DNA of 64,000 bases. Source: Methanomassiliicoccaceae archaeon. GTDB taxonomy: Archaea; Thermoplasmatota; Thermoplasmata; Methanomassiliicoccales; Methanomethylophilaceae. This document shows positions 57,806 to 64,000 of this stretch, piece after piece. Both the position numbers and the translations under genes were made by a program. Position 1 is the stretch's first letter; each line of letters opens with the position of its first letter. The notes beneath the pieces were generated by a model, which saw only the letters and a program-made list of their open reading frames with translations, was not told where the DNA came from and searched no databases. The DNA lies in NCBI GenBank assembly GCA_003560875.1, contig PWJQ01000035.1, positions 7,182 through 71,181 on the forward strand, given 5' to 3'.

Positions 57806-57905
57806 AACTACCCTCCTTCATCAATGCCAGCCCTTGCGGGCGACGACTGTGCCCTAAATGTAGAGATGTTATAAAGTTTCCGACAACAGCCAAGCAGTCC
57901 GGGGT

Positions 57906-59060
57906 TCAGAGACGGCGTATGGCGTCGTCGATGCGCGCCAAGCCCTCTTTGATGTGCTCCTCGCTCGCCGCGTAGGAGAGACGGAAGTGCTTCTCACCGC
58001 AGGGGCCGAAGGCGCCTCCCGGCGTCACGGCCACGTGCGCCTTTTTCAGAAGGTGGGTGGCGAAATCCTCGGAGTTCATATCCGCCTCGTACTTGGGGAA
58101 GACGTAGAACGCACCCTTGGGCTTGACGCACTCGATGCCGTTGATGTCATCGATGAGGTCGCAAACCAGGTCGCGGCGCTTCTTGAACTCCTTCACCATC
58201 TCCCTCATCTTGTCCTGCGGACCCTGCAGCGCTTCGACGGCGGCCGGTTGCGTGAAGGAGGTGCAACAGGTCACGGAGTGGGTCTGCAGCTTGTTGACGG
58301 CATTGATGTTCTCATCCGAGGCCACCATCCATCCCAGACGCCATCCGGTCATGGCGTAGGTCTTGGAGAGGCCGTTGATCGTCAGGGTGCGGTCGAACAT
58401 GCCGTCCATGGACGCTATTGAGACGTGCTCGCCCTCGTAGATGATCTTCTCGTATATCTCGTCGGACAGGACCATTATGTCGTTGTCCTGGGCGATGTCG
58501 GCGATGGCCTTGATGTCCTCACGGGACATCACCGAGCCGCAGGGGTTGGAGGGTGAGTTCAGGATTATCATCCTTGTCCGCGAGGTGATGCGCTCGGCGA
58601 CGGCCTCCGGGGACATGGTGAACTCCGTCTCGTCGCTGGTCGGCACGTAGACCGGCCAGGCGCCGGCCAGGCGTATGCAGGCCTCGTAGGTCACCCACGA
58701 GGGGTCGGACAATAGAACCTCGTCCCCTGGGTCAAGGAATGCCAAGGCGGCCATGAAGATGGCGTGCTTGGTCGGCGTGACGAGGACGTTGGACGCCTGG
58801 CAGCCGATGCCGTTCTCGACACGGGTCTTCTCGGCGATGGCCTCGCGTAGCTCAGGTATCCCCAGGGATGGAGTGTACTGGGTGAATTTCTCCTTGAGCG
58901 AACCGATACAGGAATCTATGATGTTGTCGGGGGTGCCGAAATCGGGCTCCCCCATCGAGAACGAAAGGACCTCCACTCCCTCCTGGCGCAACTGGCTCAC
59001 CACGTTGGAGATCTTCACCGTTCCGGAAACCGGGACGCTCTGCAGCCTCTTGGATACCAT
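57906..59060 (-). CDS. Class I/II PLP aminotransferase (aspartate aminotransferase-like)
   Basis: GEPDF, NSPSNP.G, SDEIY, SKTYAMTGWRLG. Confidence 0.95.
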   Translation of the reverse strand: MVSKRLQSVPVSGTVKISNVVSQLRQEGVEVLSFSMGEPDFGTPDNIIDSCIGSLKEKFTQYTPSLGIPELREAIAEKTRVENGIGCQASNVLVTPTKHAIFMAALAFLDPGDEVLLSDPSWVTYEACIRLAGAWPVYVPTSDETEFTMSPEAVAERITSRTRMIILNSPSNPCGSVMSREDIKAIADIAQDNDIMVLSDEIYEKIIYEGEHVSIASMDGMFDRTLTINGLSKTYAMTGWRLGWMVASDENINAVNKLQTHSVTCCTSFTQPAAVEALQGPQDKMREMVKEFKKRRDLVCDLIDDINGIECVKPKGAFYVFPKYEADMNSEDFATHLLKKAHVAVTPGGAFGPCGEKHFRLSYAASEEHIKEGLARIDDAIRRL

Positions 59061-59201
59061 TGACCACCAAAATACCAGAGGGTTACATATCCTTTGTTAT
59101 TCCCTGGCCCGGTTATTGCTCATATCGTAGGAATTATACGATATTCGTTATGATATCTAGAGAGACACTCGTGGCGACGGGGCGGCGCCGGTTTATAAAT
59201 A

Positions 59202-59229
59202 ATGTACTTAAATGTTCATTTGTGTACAT
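59202..59229. promoter_or_regulatory. Imperfect inverted repeat between the divergent aminotransferase and pdxS genes
   Basis: ATGTACTTAAATG-TT-CATTTGTGTACAT (11 of 13 arm positions match) next to TTTATAAAT at 59192-59200. Confidence 0.45.
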
Positions 59230-59284
59230 ATGTGTCCGAAAGTCTTAAGTAAAAATGGACAATAACTCCAATCAGGTGAATTTA

Positions 59285-60193
59285 ATGGCTCTTGAACTCG
59301 ACATGTCAAAACTCCGCCACGGCAGTGACCTCATTAAGAGGGGTTTCGCCAAGATGCAGCAGGGCGGAGTGGTTATGGACGTTACCAACGCCGAACAGGC
59401 GCTCATCGCTGAGGAAGCGGGCGCCGTGGCGGTGATGGCCTTGGAGAGGGTGCCCGCTGACATCAGGGCACAGGGCGGCGTCGCCAGGATGTCCGACCCC
59501 CGCATGATCATTGAGATCATGGAGGCCGTGAGCATACCGGTAATGGCCAAATGCCGTATAGGGCATTTCGTCGAAGCGCAGGTGCTGGAGTCCCTGGGTG
59601 TCGACATGATTGATGAGTCGGAGGTACTGACCCCCGCCGATCCGTTCTACCACGTCGACAAGCGCCCCTTCACCGTGCCCTTCGTATGCGGCGCCCGTGA
59701 CCTCGGCGAAGCCTTGAGGAGGATCGCCGAAGGGACGGCCATGATCAGGACCAAGGGCGAGGCCGGCACCGGTGATGTGGTCGAGGCCGTCAGGCACCAG
59801 AGGACCATCATGGAGGCCGTTCGTTCCCTGAAGGGCATGGAACACCAGGAGATGGCCATGTTCGCCCGGGAGATCGAGGCGCCCTTCGAACTCGTGCAAG
59901 AGGTCGCCGAGCTGCAGAGGCTGCCGGTCATCAACTTCGCCGCCGGCGGGATAGCAACGCCAGCCGACGCCGCCATGATGATGCAGATGGGTAACGACGG
60001 CGTGTTCGTCGGTTCCGGCATCTTCAAGAGCGCCGAGCCGGAGATACGCGCCAAGGCCATCGTCGAGGCTGTCAGCCATTTCGATGACCCCGTGGTGATC
60101 GGCGAGGTGTCCAAGGGACTGGGCGACGCGATGCGCGGCATACAGGCTGAGGACATCGAACTGGAACAGCGCTACGCCGAGCGCGGTTACTGA
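59285..60193 (+). CDS. pdxS: Pyridoxal 5'-phosphate synthase subunit PdxS
   Basis: [49 protein letters not shown]. Confidence 0.98.
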   Translation: MALELDMSKLRHGSDLIKRGFAKMQQGGVVMDVTNAEQALIAEEAGAVAVMALERVPADIRAQGGVARMSDPRMIIEIMEAVSIPVMAKCRIGHFVEAQVLESLGVDMIDESEVLTPADPFYHVDKRPFTVPFVCGARDLGEALRRIAEGTAMIRTKGEAGTGDVVEAVRHQRTIMEAVRSLKGMEHQEMAMFAREIEAPFELVQEVAELQRLPVINFAAGGIATPADAAMMMQMGNDGVFVGSGIFKSAEPEIRAKAIVEAVSHFDDPVVIGEVSKGLGDAMRGIQAEDIELEQRYAERGY

Positions 60194-60196
60194 TAC

Positions 60197-60236
60197 AAAC
60201 CCTTCATTTTTCAACGGGGCTCGGCCCCGTCTTTTC
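60197..60236 (+). terminator. Putative terminator after pdxS
   Basis: AAACCCTTCATTTTT, then hairpin ACGGGGC-TCG-GCCCCGT and CTTTTC. Confidence 0.55.
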
Positions 60237-60280
60237 ATACCATCCTCTTCAGCAGATGCTTTGAATGATTAGCTAACGAC

Positions 60281-61351
60281 TCAGGACAGGATCTCCGGCA
60301 GGCGGTCCTCTTCGGCGGCCCTCTTGATCTCCATGGCGAGACGTGCGCCGCTGCTCATGCCGGGATGGATCATGTCCGCATACGGCGAGCCGGAGATGAA
60401 GGGGTTGGTACCGGCGACTATGCGTGAGGATATCTCGAAGACCTTGAAATCCAACTTATCAGTGACGATGGACTCCAAGCAGAACGGACCCCATATACCG
60501 CCGAACATCTCGTAGGAGCGCTTGATGATCTTCTCCGCCATGTCGAAGGCCTTGGGCAGAAGCGACTCGCGGATGACCACCGGGACGTTGCCGGTGACCA
60601 CGAAGGAGGGGAAGAGACCGTGGCGCTTCATGTCCTCCTGCGAGCCGAGCTTGTACATCTCATCGATGTTACTCTCGTCACGGCGGTCGATGGACAGCAT
60701 CTCCAGGCTTCCCTCATGGGCGTGATAGCCCTCAGTGGACAGCGGTGAGTAGAAGAAGTGCAGGTAGTACCTCGTTCCCAGGACGTACTCCTGTATGGTG
60801 TACGGTTGCGTATGGTCGATACCCATCTTGAACTCCGCGTAGTCCTTGGCGACGAAGAAGCCACGGCCGCCCTTGGCGCCGTGGTACTTCACCAGCACCG
60901 GCTGGTCGATGTCCCGGGCGTCGTCGATCATCTTGGGCATGGCGACGCCGGCGGAGGTTATCCACTGCCTCTCCATGTCGCGGTCCGACTCCCACTGCAG
61001 AACGGAACGGTTCCCGTACACTGGTATCTCCAGGTTCTGGAACCTCTTGGCCCCCATGTACTCCACGAAGGACCCGTGCGGTATGAGGATGACGTTCTTG
61101 TCCACCAGCTCAGGAGCGCGGGTGAACATCTCATCGAAGTCCTTGAACCTCAGTATCTCGTCCGGCTTCCCCAGCGGGAAGGCGTCGTAGTAACGGGTGT
61201 CATGGTTGACTGTCAGACCCATGGTCTTGAAACCTAGCTTACGTGCACCATGGAAAATCTGCAATGACGAATGAGAGGTGAGTGTGGCGATTGTTATGTC
61301 GTCACGGTCGTATTCGGCAAGAAGTGCGTCAATCCTCTCTTTGGGAACCAT
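60281..61351 (-). CDS. purP: FAICAR synthetase (PurP family)
   Basis: SHSSLQI..GA, IPHGSF, AKGGRG, GN.P.V.RESLL, FEIS.RI.AGTN. Confidence 0.93.
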   Translation of the reverse strand: MVPKERIDALLAEYDRDDITIATLTSHSSLQIFHGARKLGFKTMGLTVNHDTRYYDAFPLGKPDEILRFKDFDEMFTRAPELVDKNVILIPHGSFVEYMGAKRFQNLEIPVYGNRSVLQWESDRDMERQWITSAGVAMPKMIDDARDIDQPVLVKYHGAKGGRGFFVAKDYAEFKMGIDHTQPYTIQEYVLGTRYYLHFFYSPLSTEGYHAHEGSLEMLSIDRRDESNIDEMYKLGSQEDMKRHGLFPSFVVTGNVPVVIRESLLPKAFDMAEKIIKRSYEMFGGIWGPFCLESIVTDKLDFKVFEISSRIVAGTNPFISGSPYADMIHPGMSSGARLAMEIKRAAEEDRLPEILS

Positions 61352-61391
61352 ATAATAACATGGTGATTTCTGATTTAAAGTTTCGGTCGAC

Positions 61392-61889
61392 TCAAGTCAG
61401 CTCCACACCCCATATGGAGAAGGCGATCATGGTTATTATCACCCTGTTGACGGCAGCCAGGAAGTTGACGTACGCGAAGGGTACCGCCCGTATGGTGCCC
61501 TCATCGTTGAATATCCCGAACAGGTAGACCGGCACGGTGTCCACCATCAGAGGTACGCTGAGTATGAAGTAAAGACCGGCGTAATGGAACTTGACCACCA
61601 GGTAGTTACAGAAGTTGACGAAGGCCTTCGCCAGACCGGTGCTCATCAGACGGCCTTGCATGATCTGGTTGACGTCCTTGCCCAGACGCAGGGCCACCAC
61701 CGCGGCGGCGGCCTTGCCCAGACCGAGGGCGATGGCCTGGAAGAAGACGTTGGTCTCCGGCCCCAGGAACAGGGCGGCCTCCACCGGCAGGGGGAGGGCC
61801 AAGGTGGCAATGAATGTGAACAATGCCAAAAGGAAGAGGTAGAAGACCTCGCTGGTCGTCCCCGCCAATATGTCCATCAGACCGTCCAT
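61392..61889 (-). CDS. Membrane protein (DedA/VTT-like)
   Basis: LPLP.E, GLGK, LSVP...DT.P.Y.F; hydrophobic. Confidence 0.6.
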   Translation of the reverse strand: MDGLMDILAGTTSEVFYLFLLALFTFIATLALPLPVEAALFLGPETNVFFQAIALGLGKAAAAVVALRLGKDVNQIMQGRLMSTGLAKAFVNFCNYLVVKFHYAGLYFILSVPLMVDTVPVYLFGIFNDEGTIRAVPFAYVNFLAAVNRVIITMIAFSIWGVELT

Positions 61890-62021
61890 CGGAACCTCGT
61901 CCAATCATCTGTTAAAAACTATTTACCTTTGACGCATCATTTTCGCCCACCCTTGATGTATTACTTTTAATACGAAACACCTTAACGAATAAAGTCCCCC
62001 GCGACAAGGGAGGAAACTGAA

Positions 62022-63347
62022 ATGATAATGGAAGAACTAACACCCACCATCGAGGAACTGAAGAGGGTGCTGGAAGGTAAGGCGGACGAGGATACCATCG
62101 TCCGCGAGCTGGACACCTACATCAATGTTTACCGCTCCACCGTGGATGCCGCCAAGAGGGGCATCATACGCAAGTACGGCGGCGACGAACTGGAGTTCGT
62201 CAGCGGCGAGAGCGTCAAGAAGAAGATAGAACAGGTGAGGGGCGACGAGCAGAACGTCGACCTTCTGGTCAAGGTGGTCCACGCCGAGGAGAGGGAGATA
62301 ACCGCCCGCGGCGAGAGCAAGACCATATTGACCGGCATCCTCGGCGATGAGTCGGGGACCATACCTTTCACATCCTGGGAGACGAACAGGTTCTCCCTGG
62401 AGAAGGGAGCCACCTACAACGTGCGTAGCGCCTATGCCAAGACCTGGAACGACCGTCCGCAGATCAACTTCGGCAAACGGACCGAGGTGGAGAAGGACGA
62501 CAGCAGCATCGAGGTGCCGCAACGGGTGATATCCTACTCGGCCAAAGAGGCCAAGCTGGGCGAGCTCATGGACGGTATGAGCAGCGTGAGCGTCACCGCC
62601 AAGCTGCTTTCCGTGATGCCCAAGGACATCAACGTCAAGGGCGAGCCAAGGACGATATTCACCGGCACCCTGGCCGATGACAGCGGCAAGGTGGAGTTCT
62701 CATCATGGACGGAGTTCCCCTATGAGTCCGGGGAGGTGCTGAGGATCGAGAACGCCTATGTGCGCGCGTTCCGCGGCATACCGCAGCTTAACCTCGGTGA
62801 CCGCGTGAGCGTGACCAGGGTCGACGACGACATCGGCGACCTGGAGGAACTGACTTCGTCCACGCCGCGGAGCATCGCCGAGCTGGAGTCGGTGGGCGGC
62901 GGCCTGGACATCCTGGTGCGCGGATCCCTGGTGGACATACGCAACGGCTCCGGCCTCATCAAGAGGTGTCCGGAATGCCGACGCTCGGTCCTGAACGACG
63001 AGTGCATAACCCACGGTCGCGTACAGGCGCAGCCGGACCTGCGCATCAAGGCGGTGCTCGACGACGGCACCGGCGCCCTGACCTGCATAATCAACCGCGA
63101 ACTGACCGAATCCCTGTCCGGCATCAGCATGGAGGAGGCGATGAGGATGGCGGAGCAGCATCACGACCCCGAAGTGGTGGCCAAGGAGATGGAGACCAGA
63201 CTGTTGGCCAAGAAGGCGGAGCTGAGGGGCAACGTGGTCAGCGACGAGTACGGCATGATGATGATCGTGCAGGAGTGCTTGCCGGTGACGGTGGATGTCA
63301 AAGAGGGTGCTCGTGAACTGCTCGGTAAACTGGAGGCGATGCTGTGA
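62022..63347 (+). CDS. rpa: Replication protein A (OB folds plus zinc finger)
   Basis: G.LGDESG.I.FT.W, D.SG.V.F..W, GSGLIKRCPEC....C..H, DLRIKAVLDDGTG. Confidence 0.93.
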   Translation: MIMEELTPTIEELKRVLEGKADEDTIVRELDTYINVYRSTVDAAKRGIIRKYGGDELEFVSGESVKKKIEQVRGDEQNVDLLVKVVHAEEREITARGESKTILTGILGDESGTIPFTSWETNRFSLEKGATYNVRSAYAKTWNDRPQINFGKRTEVEKDDSSIEVPQRVISYSAKEAKLGELMDGMSSVSVTAKLLSVMPKDINVKGEPRTIFTGTLADDSGKVEFSSWTEFPYESGEVLRIENAYVRAFRGIPQLNLGDRVSVTRVDDDIGDLEELTSSTPRSIAELESVGGGLDILVRGSLVDIRNGSGLIKRCPECRRSVLNDECITHGRVQAQPDLRIKAVLDDGTGALTCIINRELTESLSGISMEEAMRMAEQHHDPEVVAKEMETRLLAKKAELRGNVVSDEYGMMMIVQECLPVTVDVKEGARELLGKLEAML

Positions 63348-64000
63348 TCAGCCGTGAGATGGCCTGGAGGGTGTTCTCCGCTGAGTTGAACGCATCCTCA
63401 CTGACATACAAGGGCGACGAGGAGAAGTCGCCCTCATATCTGGTGACCCCTTTGGGCGCCAGGATCAACCGCGTCATAGCCGCCGGCGTCCTCACCGACA
63501 AGGAGAACGTGGGCAGTGAGGACGAGCCTATGTGGAGGGCGAGGGTCAACGACCCCTCCGGCTCCTTCTTCGTGAACGCCGGACGCTATCAGCCGGAGGC
63601 CTCGGCGGCCCTGGCCGACATGGCCACCCCTTCGTTGGTGGCGGTGGTGGGCAAGGTGCGCACCTACAGCCCCGAAGACGGCAGGGTGTTCGTATCCATA
63701 CGACCGGAGAGCATCGTGGAGATAGACGAGGCTACCCGGGACGCTTGGGTGCTGGAGGCCTGCCAGGCCACCTTGGAGAGGATGGAGGCCATGCGTATGG
63801 CGGTGTCCGCTGACCGGGCCGTTGATGTCGAAGCCCTTGTCGCCAAAGGCGTCAGGAGGCCGCTGGCGACAGGGATAGTCCGTGCATTGGACCACTACGG
63901 CCTACCGGACTCCGGACGCTACATCCGCGTGCTTCAGCAGGGCCTGAGGTTCCTGCTTCCCGATGAGGACGTGGACCTGGGACTCACCGAAGACCTCGGC
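63344..64000 (+). CDS. RPA-associated OB-fold protein (COG3390-like), runs off the window; not in ORF track
   Basis: GTG overlaps the rpa TGA; MISREMAWRVFSAELN...SPSYLVTPLGARINRV..AGVLT...RARVNDPSG.F.V.AGRYQPEA. Confidence 0.9.
   Translation, partial: MISREMAWRVFSAELNASSLTYKGDEEKSPSYLVTPLGARINRVIAAGVLTDKENVGSEDEPMWRARVNDPSGSFFVNAGRYQPEASAALADMATPSLVAVVGKVRTYSPEDGRVFVSIRPESIVEIDEATRDAWVLEACQATLERMEAMRMAVSADRAVDVEALVAKGVRRPLATGIVRALDHYGLPDSGRYIRVLQQGLRFLLPDEDVDLGLTEDLG

Noticed and set aside
1..64000. CRISPR arrays, IS elements, inteins, tRNA introns
   Set aside because: No regularly spaced repeats, transposase motifs, unexplained in-frame insertions or intron-length anticodon loops were seen by eye

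Overview
A gene-dense, GC-rich archaeal chromosome segment. The gene content (L15e, S15, TBP, fibrillarin, Nop5, aIF-5A, Kae1, CarS, PurP, SMC-ScpAB, RPA plus its associated protein, an ArsR-V4R regulator and a DUF6015-like protein) points to Thermoplasmata, most likely a Methanomassiliicoccales-type organism. That is an inference: no mcr or methyltransferase markers are in the window. I annotated about 65 CDS and three tRNAs (Leu-CAG, Val-GAC, Gly-CCC), and saw no CRISPR, IS, integrase or rRNA. Most genes are housekeeping. The items most worth follow-up are: (1) a tandem pair of DapA-family/formaldehyde-activating-enzyme (Fae) fusions, both lacking the Schiff-base lysine; (2) a stand-alone soluble MtrA-like corrinoid protein with an MtrB-like tail; (3) a rifampin-phosphotransferase/PigC-architecture dikinase coupled to a beta-rich hydrolase/cyclase-like protein; (4) an in-frame TAA at codon 6 of a phosphohexomutase gene; (5) an ABC importer with no binding protein in its operon, followed by DUF47 and preceded by CTATAG repeats 11 bp apart; (6) a structured leader upstream of L15e. 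All family calls are from motif recognition by eye, not database searches.
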